From the NCBI GenBank assembly GCA_053919585.1, contig CM132794.1: a stretch of DNA of 64,000 bases. The stretch is one strand, 5' to 3'. This document shows positions 23,637 through 38,116 of this stretch, in pieces (positions within the stretch are counted from its first letter, which is position 1; every line of letters begins with the position of its first letter). This DNA is from Euprymna scolopes. Its lineage: Eukaryota. The translations under genes and the position numbers were made by a program. The notes beneath the pieces are model-generated. The model searched no databases. It saw only the letters and a list, made by a program, of their open reading frames with translations, and was not told where the DNA came from.

Positions 23637-26600
23637 NNNNNNNNNNNNNNNNNNNNNNNNNNNNNNNNNNNNNNNNNNNNNNNNNNNNNNNNNNNNNNNN
23701 NNNNNNNNNNNNNNNNNNNNNNNNNNNNNNNNNNNNNNNNNNNNNNNNNNNNNNNNNNNNNNNNNNAACTTTAGTAAAGGTATTTTTTGCTTAAACAAAA
23801 TAATACATTTTCACTAAGATTTAAATATAAATAATGGGTTCAATATATTCCATCATCATTATTTGATAAATACTGAAAAAATCATCTGTCTTTAAAAAAA
23901 TAATTTTTTGTACCCGCAAAATGAATAAATTATTTCATTTTAATTATAGAATTTTTTTTTCATATAATTACTAAAAAAATCATGATTACTTACTTTTTTT
24001 AAAGAATATAAGATTAATAGAAAATACATTTTGCTAAATATAAAAAAATCATTTTTTCTAAATTCAGTTGAAATGGTAAGGTTTTGGCAAATAACATTTC
24101 AAGGTGAAGTATGGATGTTCTGTCATGATGTAAAAATGTAGAATTGTTTCCAGATGAAAATTATTCCAAGATGGAAGGCAGAATACCGAGTAAAGGAGGA
24201 TCTTCCACCTGTCTGATGACCCCACCCACTTGTCTATCTCAAAGTCAGAACTTGGAAATCCGAGAACTGGAAAAGTGGTTAATTATTATTGCTTGGCAGA
24301 AAGTCCTGATCTCAAATATTTTACAAGTTTTGGATTCTCTTAAACCGAATAAGTATTCCCCCCTTCCCCCTGCGCCTTCATCCAGATGTAGGTAATTTGG
24401 TATGGGAAGAATAGTCTAAATTGGAAAGGGAGAGGCTTAGAATAAAGTTATCTTTGCAGTTCAGTTGAGAGAAGGGGAGGGGCGTCGAGAAATATGAGTA
24501 GAACAATAATTTCGCATAACAAAAAATAATGATGATAATAATAATGCACTTCCTTTTGTCTTGCTCCAAGTTCTTCCGCCACCTTTTCGTTTCTTTCCTG
24601 TTTCGTTGAATTCTCACCAATTCTTCCCCCCCCCCTCCCAGCTTCTCCAGATGCTATTCTATCCGCAGCAACAAGCGCATATGTTCATACAGAGACAAGT
24701 ACATTTTTTTATATAAACAAACCAGGGTGTGGTTTAGAGATTGAAGTGGAGGTGTACCATGAACGCAACAATTTTTTTTTTTTTTCAAAACTCTGGCAAA
24801 AGAAGTACAAGTTTTTATTTTTCACTCATTTCAGCTAATGCAAGATTTTTTGGCAAAAATCGCTTTATTCCTTTCCAAAGCTCATTATTCAGAAAATCTA
24901 TATATTAAAAGTTAATGTGCGTTTACAAAAATTCCAGACAGAAGATTCTTATACAGCGAACATTGGTTAAGACTATGATGACAATGATGATTATTTTGAC
25001 AACATCTATACCACTGGTTGCTAACATGTTGAGAGTGTTCATAGGTACAGGCAAAAATGGACGAATAAAGATAGGGGGGGGGACATAGTTTTGAAAGCCG
25101 ATTTATTATACTTTTTTTTTGTAGGTTTCCAACTACTTTTTGAAAGATTAAAGACCAAAGTTAATTTCCAAAAGAAAAAAAAATATAAAAAATGTTTTCA
25201 TAGTGAGCTAACCAATTCAGCTAAATTTTGAAGTTAAATAAATTCATAGTGAAAATCCTTTAAAAGATAAATATTAGTTTTCTGGGTCTATTCCAATGAT
25301 AATTAGTAAAGTCCTAAGACATTGAATTAAATTAAAAAAAAGAAAACACCTTGTTTGTACAAAAAATAGCTTAATTAGCCTAAAAAGTGAGGGATTCTGC
25401 CATTCGCAAAATCGCAACAAATAGAAGTTTTGTAAACACGGATTATATGGAAGCCCAAAATTTCAGACAGTCCAAAGGCCGTTTTTAACATGACGTCATG
25501 TAATTAAAAGGAGGTAGGGATGCTAGTTTTTTTTTGTTTTTTTTTCCAGGCGTACATCCATACATGCCTATCCTGAACGTTTGTATAATTTTTACCATTT
25601 TTTAATTGAATTATTTTTCTATGTTCCTATTTTTAAATCAAATTTTTTTTATTATTGTTCAAGATCATATAAAAAAAATTTTACGCCAAAAGTCTCCCAT
25701 TCATGCAAGCAAGGAAAATAGTAAAATCTTGCATCCAAAAATTATGTAAATCCTGTAATTAAAAAAAAAGTAGAAATATTTTTTGCTATTATAATTTTTT
25801 GTGTGAAAAATATTAAATAAACAATGCTTAATTCAATGATAATATCGGTAGTTCAAGAAATTAATTTTTATTTGAGTTATATTGAATTCATTAACACAGA
25901 CTTTAGGGTTTTTTTTCGTAATGCTCCTGTAAAAATTAAATAATTTTTTTTTTTAATTGTTATAATTTGCAATGCTTAAATGATGATAAAAAAATTATAA
26001 TTTACGATGCTTAAATGATGATAAAAAAGCAAAAAAAATTATTCATTTTTTTTACTACAGAAAACCATAACTTTAGTAAAGGTATTTTTTGTTTAAACAA
26101 AATAATACATTTTCACTAAGATTTAATTAAAAATAATGGATTCAATATATTTCGTGATCATTATTTGATAAATACTGAAAATTTCATTAAAAATGGTTAA
26201 TTTCCTGATTTTTAGTGAATTTTTAAGTAAAGGTCAAATTGTTTATAAATTTTAAGCATCGGCATTCATTTTGCATGTATCTAGTTTTCATCACTTTGAC
26301 TGCTGTCATCTCATGCCAGGACGAAAATGAAATTGATTTTTATTTTTGAATTTCTTAATTCATTTTATTCTGTTATAGTTAATTAATTTCACATTCAGGT
26401 GTGTATGTGTGTATATCTTCTATACTCCTATAAATTTAGGGTTTTTTTGTGTATTGATATTCATATTAAATACCCTTTTTTGTATTTATTTAAAAAGAAA
26501 ATACAACTTTGTTATATATGGGTTGTGGAATTGCATTCACTAGCAAAAGATCTAGCTAATTTGCATATTCCTTAAACATTTATTTTAATTAATTCCCTAT

Positions 26601-26737
26601 TAGTTTTTTTCGGTTTTCTTATGAGATGATCATTTTTAGTTAACTATTTATGTGTAATTATATTCGTGCAGATATTCTATATGATTTATACTCGCGTAAT
26701 ATTTGCGTAAAAAGATTATAGTAAACACAAACCTCTT

Positions 26738-27226
26738 TCTATATATATTTATGCATGCGCATATATATTTGTTTAAAACTTTTGCCTACTAAACTCCTCT
26801 ATCGTTTTTTGGTCTGCAGACATGAAATTTAATATATAGGATACTCAAATCCATGCAAAACTTTCTATTTGGGTTTTAACCAGGGAAAATTGGTGCAAAA
26901 GTGTTAAAATTAAAAAAATGGAATTTGCCAAGTGAAAGTCGAACGACAGCATTACGAATATTCATGTGTAACGTAATAGTTATTGGTTCATGTTTTAATT
27001 TTTAGCCTTTAAGCTCATAGCTTAGGCATTGACATCAAAGGAAAAAGTAAATCGTAAAGTAAACGTTTTGGTTTCGATTCTTGGTGATGACGCATGAGTC
27101 GTTTTTATTTTATTTTAAGTCATTACTATATATTGGTTCCAATATAATATAATAATAAATACGAAATCTGCATTAATCAAAATATATTTAAGTGTATTTT
27201 ACGACCGGACAATGCCAGGCGGCCTG

Positions 27227-27230
<4 letters not shown>
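26738..27230 (+). mobile_element. Non-autonomous Helitron-like element
   Basis: TCTATATATA start; 3' segment TACGAAATCTGCAT..AAAATATATTTAAG.GTATTTTAC.ACCGG shared with 52061-52608; CTAA|T end. Confidence 0.6.
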
Positions 27231-27297
<67 letters not shown>

Positions 27298-27351
27298 TAA
27301 GAAGCTATATATATAAAGAAATATTTTACAAAAAGATAAATTTGTAAGAGT

Positions 27352-27700
27352 TCCTCCCCACGGGAAAGAGACATCAGGGTCGTTTTTTAACGTGGAGAAA
27401 AAGGAACAAAAATAAAAATTGTCTCATTCGTGAGAGAGAACAAGAAATTGAAGTGTAGTATCTGAATGGTATCAGATGGTATTTATTTGCTTCCGCAAGA
27501 AAGCAAATTAGGCACAAGGTCGTTTTTTAATGTGGAGGAAAATCAGCTTCCCCAAAAAGGGGGAACTTTGGGAGTGTTCATATAAATAGTAATTATCTCG
27601 GTATGAAGGGTTTCCCCTACATTGATCAAGAACAAATTATTTAAGTGAAGTATCAGAACAGATACTACACTTTGATCCTGGCCCGAAGAACATCTGCTCT
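27352..27700 (+). repeat. Unclassified dispersed repeat (other copies 31393-31620 + and 49455-49625 -)
   Basis: Shared CCTCCCCA.GGGA.AGAG..ACA.CAGGGTCGTTTTTTAA.GTGGAGAAAA...AAAAATAAAAATTGTCTCA.TCGTGA and GATACTACACTTTGAT. Confidence 0.7.
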
Positions 27701-28109
27701 TATGGTGTTTAAGAAATTGATGACTCTACTGATTTTATAAACTAGAACATTCAGAAACTGGCATTAATCAAAGTTCATTATAGTTCCAGAGCTGCCAGGC
27801 GACATTTAATGGCCTCGTTTTGCCTCAAAAGATAACGAATATTCTCTTAAACGATGTCTGTAGAATTAGTTTATAATGCAGCAAAGGTTGCACATCTTTT
27901 GAACCAGCATTGCTTCAGTCAAGTATCAAGAAGACATCCAAGAGAGGCAGAAACAATGCAGGAATATTTTGTATTCTTTGGATTATCATAGACTAATGTT
28001 TTCATAACATTTCCGACGCTTTAACCTGCGACATTCGTAAGGTGTAGCTTGTCAAAGCTGTGGAAGCTTTTTGATGAACTCTGGAATCCGCACAGAATTT
28101 TAAAAAGAA

Positions 28110-30849
28110 CTAACCCCATCCTCCAACGTCGACCCCTACTACCATGCCTCCTTCTCTAACATCAGGGGTCAACATTCCAACATTCCAGAGGTTGAAACAC
28201 AATTGCAAGAGAAGAAACCGGTAATATTGTTCCTCAGCAAAACTAGATGAGTTCATAATTAATGGATACTCTAACTTAACATCTAAATCTGACCCCCAAG
28301 ATCGCCATGGTCATGGAATATGTGCCTACATTAGAGATGGCTTTCCATGTGGTAGGGATATCTCCAGAGAAGACCCTAATTTACCTTATATGTGCCTCCG
28401 GGTTGCACTTACTTACACCATTGCATTTATATTTGCCGTCTATCGCCCCCACAACAGCAGAGTCACTATCTTTAAGAGCATAGCTGAGAAAATTCGGCTA
28501 CATCCACATCTGTGATGACTTCAATGTCCACAATGTGGAATGGCTGACCCATTCAAACAAGACAGATGATGAGGGGAGGTTCTGTCATGACTTCTCCATT
28601 GCCTATAACCTCACTCAGATTGTTCACGAACCTACCCATGTGCCCGATACTACCGGTCAGTATGCAAGCCTTCTAGACCTTTTTCTCACAACTTCCCCTG
28701 AGCTATGTTCATGTTCCGTTCTATCTCCTCTGGGATCTTCCGACCACTCGGTTGTATCAGTTAAAATAAAAATGATATGTAACAAGCCTTCAGATGTACC
28801 TCTCCACTATACAGTATATCGATACTCTATGGCTGACTGGGATAGCTTCCATACATTTATGTCTGATCTACCTCTTCATTCGATGTTTAAAAAGGATGTG
28901 TCCTCTATAGTATCAGACCCGATCGAATGGTTAATTGTAGGTATAGACCGATTCATACCATCCAAAAGATTCCAACAAAAACCTAACAACCAGCCATAGT
29001 TCTCCCCAGAATGTGCTGCTCCCATCGTACACAGAAATCACTTTTTACCAACGTAATAGATGTACTGAGACTAAAGCCGCCTTCAGAACTGCCAGCAACC
29101 ACTGTAAAAGAGTAATAAAGAATGCAAGAGAGCTATATGCTCAGTCCGTTAAATCCAAAGTAGCTGAGCAGTTGCTTGGTTCCCACCAGTTTTGGCAAAT
29201 AGCAAACAGGATTTTCAACAGAAGCGTGCATTTTATCTCAACCATCATCAATGGACTTGAGGTCATCTTGTCAGTATCAGACAAGGCCAATTCCAATTAT
29301 AGTGCTGAAAAAGCTTCAACCAGAACTTGCCCCCTTGTTACCTTAAAGAGAAGTGCTTCCCAACACCCTGGAAAACCTCATCAGTATGCCCTGTATTTAA
29401 GAATTCAAGTGATGTCGTCTCCCTCTCAGTACAGACCAATAAGTCTCCTGTGTGTCATGAGTAAGTTGCTGGAATCCATATTAAACAGAGAAGTGGTCAA
29501 CCACCTCAGCAGAAATAGCCTTCTTAGTGACATGCAACATGGTTTCCGTTCCGCTAGACCTACAACGGTTATATCTCATAGGATTAGTGAATCCCTCGAT
29601 AAAGGCTTCCTTTCCAGGGCAATTGCTCTTGACATATCAAAGGCCTTTGATAAGGTATGGCATAAAGGCCTACTTCACAAGATTTCCAGCTACAGTATAA
29701 CTGGAAATGTTTTCTTAATTATTAAATCATTTCTCTCTGATAGGCTCATAAGAGTAGTGGTTGATGGGTAGAAATCAGAGGCCCTCAGTATTAATCCTGG
29801 TGTCCCTCAAGGGTCCATCCTGGGCCCAACTCTCTTCCTGATCTGCATAAATGATCTCCCAAAACACATACTTAAATCATTCGTTGACATCTATGCAACA
29901 CATCAAAGGCCATAAATGACAAAGTTCTCTCTGATTCTCTCTCCTCTGATCTCGAGCGCGTGGTACAGTGGGGGAAGAGGTGTCTGGTTACTTTTAATGC
30001 ATCTAAAACCAAACTTCTATCTTTACATCATCAACGCTCTGATCCCCATCTGGCATGAATTGAAATGGATGGCTCTCGTCTTGGGGAGGCTCCATGATTT
30101 GAAAAGCTTTTGGGATTGACCTTAAGCCTGATCTGAAATAGAACACATACATCAAATCTGTTGTCAGGGTTGCTGGAAAGATGGTGGGATCCTTCTACCG
30201 CTCCAGAAGATATCTCACTGCTGATGCAATTCTCTATCTATATAAAAGCCAAGTACGTCCAAAGATGGAGTACTGATGCCAAATCTGGACAGGAACTGCT
30301 AAAAACAGCTTATCCTGCCTTAACAGAGTACAAAATAGACTTCATAGCCTAGTGAGGGATGCCCTTTTCTCTTCCCTGCAACCTCTCTCCCACAGATGGG
30401 ATGTAGCGAGCCTGTCTTTGTTTTATCGTTATTTCCATGGAAAGTGCTCATCTGAGCTCCAATCTCTGGTCCCCCCTTGCAAATCTTTCACGAAAACACC
30501 TGTCTAGCTGAAACCACTGTCAGTAATATTCCTTACTCTTTATCTGTGGCAAAACCAAAATGTAGATTCCATGAGCAGAGCTTCTTTCTTAGAAGTACAC
30601 GCCTGTGGAACTCTCTTCCGTTTGTCTGTTTCCTACCTGACTACAACTTGGATGTCTTCAAGTCCAACATAAACAAGTTCCTGATGAACCGCCTCCTTAA
30701 GTAAGACACTTTATCAGATCTCCATTACTAACAATTACTACGATATTATGCCATTGATTACTATACATGCAATAACCCTTATCCCCGAGTGTCCTTCGGG
30801 CCTTGATAAGTGTTGACTTCCTTGTAAAAAAAAAAAAAAAGAAAAAAAA
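28110..30849 (+). mobile_element. CR1/Zenon-like LINE, near full-length with deletions and poly(A) tail
   Basis: APE motifs (LDLFLT, LGSSDH), RT motifs (YRPISLL, LDISKAFDKVWH, GVPQGS), stops and frameshifts, A-tail at about 30826-30849. Confidence 0.92.
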
Positions 30850-31139
30850 TCCACATGGGTAGCATCTTGTGCCATCAGGTATGACCAAATAGAAGTCTTA
30901 AATGATTTGCAATCATATTATTCATATCACTCGTGCTGAGGATTGAACCTTCAACCTCCGAAAGAGTGTCACTTACAACTGAACTTAACTAGTACTTTAT
31001 CGGTTATACCATGAGTTCGAGGTTACATTGGACAAAATGCTGTGTGAATAACATTCAAGATGAGAACAGTAGTACATAATAATCCAAATATTACAAATTA
31101 TCAATCCTTATCATAAAAATTCAGAAACATAAGACTGGT

Positions 31140-31340
31140 TTCAAAGTTTTCCTTATCCAAGACTAGTTGCTCTCCCAAAGCTTAAAAATATCGTCTTCCC
31201 AACTAGTTCATGCATAGCAACTGTCTTTATTTTCACTTGCATACTTATAGCACCTGACATTTCCAAACCGTTAATCATCCAAGTGCTGACTAGGTTCAAT
31301 ATTACTTAACTTTGGTGTTTCAATGTGATTTAGCTGTAAG
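31140..31340 (-). mobile_element. Second, more decayed 5S-derived SINE-like copy
   Basis: Reverse complement CACCAAAGTTAAGTAATATTGAACCTAGTCAGCACTTGGATGATT resembles the 5S box A / box C region. Confidence 0.5.
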
Positions 31341-33037
31341 ATTTTTAGAGCTGTAAAAACTGAAGATGGATTTATTGACCCTATTTACTATGCCTCCCCA
31401 CGGGACAGAGTTAAACACCAGGGTCGTTTTTTAATGTGGAGAAAAGGTACAAAAATAAAAAATTGTCTCAGTCGTGAAGGACTGCTCCTTCACCGAAAGA
31501 AAACAAGAAATGGAAGTACAGCATCTGAAGACAGATACTACACTTTGATCTTGACCAAAAGGCCAGCATCTAATTATATTCGCTGCGAATATATTTGTGT
31601 TGAGACTCGTGTAATAGTGGCACCAAATGTAAAAGAAGTTTGAAAGAAAAAAGAAATTCAAACTGGGCCGTTATTTTGAGATTGTATTTTTGTTTTGTTG
31701 AAGATTGTTTGCAAGCCTGTAGGTGGTACTCCCCATGCACAAACAAAAGTAGTAGTAGTAGTAGTAGTAGTAGTTGTTGTTGTTGTAGTAGTATGCTGCT
31801 GACTTGCCGCAACTACTTTAGGTTAACATTCGTTATTTCTTAAGTAGGTCTCTTGCCAAGGTTTTGACGAATAACATTTGACGATTGATTCACAGGATAA
31901 ACTTGACTTCTATTTCTCTTCGTTTTATCGTACTAAAACGTTGTATATCTTGCATATCAAACGGCGAACAGGATCAAATTGTTTTCATTAATGTGGTATC
32001 AGGTTATGATAAACTCTCTGCTCAATCAACACATGAATGCTTAATCAGACTTACTTCTTACTGATCCTTTCTATTTTTATTGCCTTCTGTAATGGCTATT
32101 CATCTATTAAATAAACTAGAGTCATATTTTTATCTGTGTATGTCCGGTTCAAACTGAGAAACTACGAAAGATACACTTACACTTAATATGTATTATTCTA
32201 ATAATATACAAATGCGTGTATAGTTGTATTAGTTGTTATTTGTGGAGAATGCTCGATAGTGATAATAAAGCTTGTAAGGTTTTTTTAATATTTGAAAGCG
32301 TCTCTTTTTCTCTGGTACTGGGTCAATTCACTGACACATCTCACAATGCTTGATAATTTGTTTGGCCTTTGACAGCCATAAATGTGTCTATGTGTCATAA
32401 AATACAAAGTCATTTTAGTGTCTAGATGTTTTCTATCTACCCCTAGCTCACTGTAGTAGTCATGGTTGAGCAATGGGCTCATCACCGACCTTCATTGCAT
32501 CATACCATTTGCAAGACACTCGTATCAGCTGGTCAGAAACGTTGCAGTATGACGGGACCAATGTTAACTGGACTACCAGGTCACACTCAGAGGACTGAAC
32601 TTAAAGGTGTCTAACTTTTGTCTTATCAGTGAACTCTTGTCATCTCACACACAAAAAAAAAATTCTATCTTAAAAACTGAACGCTCTAGGTTCAACTGAC
32701 ACACCGTGCGACCTTAACTCTTTTCCCCCATGGACCTGCATGATGGCTGCTACAAAACTTACATGGTTCTAAGTTTAAAAAGTATTGAGAGAGAATCAAC
32801 AGTGCATGATGATTAATAAACGCGGATAAAAATTGTGAGTAAATCTGTGCTATTGATTTTATATAAATGACGATGGAATAATGTTATTTTCTTTGCATCA
32901 GCTTGTCTTCAGTGATAAATATTGATTTCCTCTCGGAAATGTATATTTCATTTTGATTAACGTACTCTGGTTCATGTAGCTTCAGAATATATATCACTGT
33001 ATCCTAGAAGGAACTTGTAAAAAAACACACAAACTAT

Positions 33038-33095
<58 letters not shown>

Positions 33096-33103
<8 letters not shown>

Positions 33104-33526
33104 TGAAATTATCTGTGTGTGTCTGTGTGTCTACATTTCCCTACCAAACTACTTTGTCAATTTTCAGTCTACAGACTCGAGATTTGACATAAGGAGTATT
33201 GAGATTTTGGAAAATCTTTTTAATTGGTTTTCGGACAGAAATTTGGCTATCAAGGTGTCAAAGTTCAACGATTTGACCTTTGAAAACTCTACCAAACTCC
33301 TCTGCTAATTTTGAGTCTGAACATTTGAAATTTAAGATGTAGGTTATTGAACATGGATTAAACTTTTTAATTTGATTCGAACTCAAAACATTAAATGTTA
33401 AGAGGTCAAAATTGGGGTCAAAGTTTTAAACAATTTGATCTCTGTGGTTGCTACCAAATTACTTAGCCAATGTTTGGTCTAAACATTTGAAATTTTAGTT
33501 GTAGGTTACCTGGACATGAGTCAAAC

Positions 33527-33581
<55 letters not shown>

Positions 33582-33632
33582 TAAACCTATGAACAGTACA
33601 TAGGGCCCGAGCAAAGCCAGGCTGAACTGCTA

Positions 33633-33633
<1 letters not shown>
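33096..33633 (+). mobile_element. Non-autonomous Helitron (family H1), uninterrupted reference copy
   Basis: (TA)n-AAGTGAAATT-(GT) start, internal repeated CTACCAAA...GTCTAAACATTTGAAATT modules, CCCGAGCAAAGCCAGG motif, CTAG|T end. Confidence 0.75.
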
Positions 33634-33676
<43 letters not shown>

Positions 33677-34244
33677 AAACGTTTGATATTGAAAATTTAT
33701 TCAAATTTGCAAAAAACTTGTAAACCTAAAAGGAAGGTATACAAAATTTGAATTATTTGACAAGGAGTAAAACCCCGCTGCCCTCGAAAACTCTTTGATT
33801 GATCTTAATGAATGGAGGTCTACCTGCTTCAATGGCATTATGAAAAATGCAGCATCAAACATTATCAAACTGCATCAAACTAGGAAAAGAAATAAAGTAG
33901 CATCCACCATCCCAGCCATATAATCCAACAGTCCATAATCTTGCACAATTTGTGCACTTCTTTGTAGATCATTGGCTGAACTGAAATGTCATCTGCGAGT
34001 CACACACAAAGTAAAATAGACAAAGTCGTAAGAACCTCATACATCGAAATCGACGAGAAATTCCATGATATATCNNNNNNNNNNNNNNNNNNNNNNNNNN
34101 NNNNNNNNNNNNNNNNNNNNNNNNNNNNNNNNNNNNNNNNNNNNNNNNNNNNNNNNNNNNNNNNNNNNNNNNNNNNNNNNNNNNNNNNNNNNNNNNNNNN
34201 NNNATATCCTATTAAATTTTTTAATTTTTTAGATAAATATTGAT

Positions 34245-34660
34245 AATTCATATTATATTTGGATTAATTGAACTACTGGTCTCATCTCGAATGTTATTTG
34301 CACAACGTTCTGTCGCTGTAACCTACAACCTTCTCCAGGGCCCGTGGTGTAGTGGATAAAGTGCTTGATGAAATTTCAGTTGTAAAATTCATCTCTTCTG
34401 GAGGTGGAAGGTTGAATCCTCAGTGCAGATGACACTCAAAATACAATTGTGAATTGCTTAGGACTTCTATTCAGTCATGAATGACATAATGAGAGCATGC
34501 TACCCTTGTGGATTAAATAAAGGTTCCGTTTGAAATTCTGTGCAGAGTCCCAGGTTTGATAGAAAAATTCCTGAGTTTGACAAGATAAGAAAGTGGGAGT
34601 TTACATCGACCAAAACGTTGTGAAAATATAACTCAAGAATCCAAATGAAATGAATTCCAA
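34245..34660. mobile_element. Head-to-head pair of minimal-hammerhead repeat copies
   Basis: Minus copy at about 34245-34340 and plus copy at about 34445-34660. Confidence 0.6.
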
Positions 34661-35370
34661 TATCTTTTTTTTTTTTTATCTATTTTTCTCGCCTTACTAA
34701 GATTTTCTCTTGTGTCTTTTCACAAATTATTATCTTTATGCCATAAAACATTTATGTTTTTATTATTGTTGTTATTTTTATAAAAGGTATAATACTTTAA
34801 GGTAACTAAAAATTTCAGATCAAACATATCAATCTAGATGGACACTTCTGTATGAAACCAAACATTTTTTCTACAAATATCGTGAATAAGCAAAAAAAAA
34901 AAAGGATTTTCTCAAGATATGTCGATTCAGTCTGTTCTGTAGTGATTTTTATCTTTAAACATAACAACTTACAAAGCTTGTCATGATTTAAAGAAAATTT
35001 AAAAAAAAAATGATTTTATTTTGAACAAACATGATCTGTTTGGAGCGAAGACACAATTCAAACCAACAAAAGAAATGTTACCGTGACATTTATTGAGTGG
35101 GTTTCTAACAGTATTTTGTTTTATTTTTAGGTCATTACCAAAACTTCAAATGTTTAGGTGGCAATTCGCGGCCAATTTTTTTGTTCTCGCTCGATACTAT
35201 CTGTTTTTCGAACCAAATAAACTTTTTCAGTTAGGTATAAAATAACTTATTTTGCCTTTGATAACATTTATTTGATATACGTTTGTTTTTGTTTTTTTAC
35301 CACTTTTTCGTACCTCTGTGAATTGTAAAGCAAACCCAATTTTTCTTTTTCTTTTTTTCCTTTTCATCAG

Positions 35371-35588
35371 GTTTTTTGTATTCGGATCCAATTCGTGAAG
35401 TGAAGCATTTTGCTACGGAACTGAAGATGGATGAAAAAGTCTGTGTGACCAATTGCAATTCTGAGTTGACCGCAGAAAAACTAAAAAAAATTGTTGACGA
35501 ATGTTTTAACAACGGCTGTTGGTTAATCCTGCAGAATTACCACATGTGTGTGGCTAACATCCATCTACAACTTGCAAGTATTCTGAAG
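35371..35588 (+). CDS. Exon C of DNHD1-like dynein heavy chain (AAA6 region), phase 1-0
   Basis: Long polypyrimidine tract + catcag|, AAG|gtaaga; (G)FLYSDPIREVKHFATELKMDEK...GCWLILQNYHM...ILK matches dynein DP...L..FA and G.WV.LQN.HL; phase matches exon B. Confidence 0.9.
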
Positions 35589-36579
35589 GTAAGAAACAAA
35601 CGACAAAACACACTGTTTTCTTTGGGGGGGGGGTATAAAAAGGTAACATACTAAACCACCGATTACCATGACAAATATCACTCTGCCTGAGAGTTCATGG
35701 TTCAAACTCTTCGACTTAACATTTACAGGAAACAGGAATTGAAACAAATACATTGAGTACATTCTCAAGGCTGCTGTAAAGAAGGTGGGCTCGCTCTGCC
35801 ATGCTAGAAAATTGCTCACACAAAAGAGTATCTTATACCTCTACTAAGCCACCTTTTATCCATGCATGGAGCATTGTTGCCACATCTAAACTAGTGCTTC
35901 TACCACTAGTCTCTCCCTCTTAGAGTTGATAAAAGAGAGCCTCCAATCTAATAGGTTTCAAACTATCAGCCAAGCTCCAATCTCAGTCCCATCACTACAA
36001 TGTTGCACCCCTGTGCCCATTGTAAAAGTACTTTAATGGAATATGCTCTGATGAACTCATTGCGCTTGTTCCTTTCAACGTAATATTCCCAACTAACCTG
36101 ACAAGCAGCAAAATCACACCCCTTCACTGTTGAAGTCTCTAAACGACAAGAAAACCTTTTACTCTAAGTTTTTTTCCCCTCAGAATACAAGACTTTGGAT
36201 TTTCCTACTTGTTTTCTGACATGCGGGGGTTTAAATGTAACGTGAATAGACATCTTGCTTCTCAACTCCCCATGATCCTCTGTAAGACATGATCACAAAT
36301 ACTAGCCCCTTACAACCCAGTCTTGTTTGGAGTGAAAAATAAATATGTCTTGTTTGGAGTGAAAAAGGGTCAAAAAAAATAAATCTTGAGTTTTGGAATT
36401 GTTTTTGCTGTAAGTGTTAGATATTGAGGAGAAACTGAGAGAACCTTAGATCTGATGAACTCAAAAGAAGATTAAATGTGACCGATGCAGGGAAATGTAT
36501 GCAGAACGGCCACATTAAATAAAGTAGATGCTCTTAGGTTGGTAGATGTAGAACAGTTGATGTAGCAAGATCAGTTGTA

Positions 36580-37631
36580 AATGGGGCATTCAATAAGTAA
36601 TCCCCTTTACCCACTTCTAGTTGTCTGATCTAGTTGAAATTTTGTATCTGCAATTATTTATATCTCTATGGGTTATGTGGTAAATTACAAATCTGAACTA
36701 ATTGTAGTTTCCACTAATTGTGGATTACCAGATGTTTGAACAAAGTCAGCTGTGAAATAGAGCTTTTCCAGTGCCATGCAATTAATGTTCTTAGTAAAAT
36801 TAGTACAGAGTCTGTGAAAACTATCATTCATGTCCATTTGCATATACATAAGGTGCCTGCCAGATGGATTCCCATGTTGCTGATACCTTTCCAGAAGCAA
36901 GAACGCATTGAGTACTTGAAGATGAATTTGAGGATGTGCTAAGAAGATGAGTTGAGTTTTTTTCAAAAAATTGATGACATAGGGTAAAACCTGTATTTAT
37001 CATTATAATCTAAAGATCAAAGCCCAATCAATGCAATTAGACTTACCATCTTCAAGGAAGATGAAAGTGCAGCTCTCCCTAGGCAAGGCCTCACTCATAG
37101 TTCCAGGATTCCAGGATGGAGTAGTGATTACAAGTTTCAATCACAGGAGCCTAGTATGCTTCACTTTTGAGGAAATTAAAAGAAGCTATCAAAATCAAGA
37201 GGCTGGGCAAGTTCAGCAAAGATATCCTCTTCTTGCAAGACAACATACCGGTCCACAATACATGTGTCAATAGATCAGAAGTATAGATGTGTGGCTATGA
37301 AATCATTCCCCACTCTTCCTACTTTACTGACCTTGCACCCTCTGACTTTCACAATTTTCAAGCTATGAAGTTATTGTGGAAATGAAAGCATTTCCCAGAT
37401 GATGCAACCTTGATTTCTGAAGTTACATTGTTGTTGGAGGACTAATCTGGGTGTTCTAAAAAAGAAAAAAAGATGGCCTTCTTTCAGAGGTGCATTAAAC
37501 GATGGAAGAAATGTGCAAATCTGGATGCTTCCTATGTAGAGAAAAACTGAAAAACTGATAACTGTGCCAAGGTTTGTTGCTCTATTGCTATGAAAAGTGG
37601 GTCAGGAGAATTACTTAATGAGCGCCGCTCA
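36580..37631 (+). mobile_element. Old, internally deleted mariner inserted in an RTE 3' remnant
   Basis: Degenerate TIRs; IIHVHLHIHKVPARWIPMLL; homologous to 39053-40333; RTE-like sequence on both sides. Confidence 0.8.
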
Positions 37632-38074
37632 TAGGCTAGGGAAAACATGAAAAGAAAATGATATGGACGGACACAAGAGAAAGAGGGATAAATAAAAACC
37701 TGGCTAGAGATAAGTTTAAAAGTCAGTTTCTAAAAACTGTCCAACACATGCCAAAATGTAAAACAGATGTTGAAAATGATTGGAATAAATCAAATTTGAT
37801 TACTTATTTGGACAATTTATGTCAAGTATTTGTTGACATTGGATTTGAAGATGATGTAGGGAAGCAATCCCATCTGTTCATGTAAATTTCATTCGATGTT
37901 AAATACACAAAGGGCGAAAAGAAATTTCTTAGCAGCTGTGGTAAAAAGACGTGTTCTTGCTGTGAATGTCTTGCAAGTAGGAATCAGAGATTGGAGTTCA
38001 TTGTTCTGTTAGAAAAGAGCTATAGAGACCAGAATAGATCATCATCCCCACTCGATTGTGAAAGTGATTTTGTA

Positions 38075-38076
<2 letters not shown>

Positions 38077-38116
<40 letters not shown>

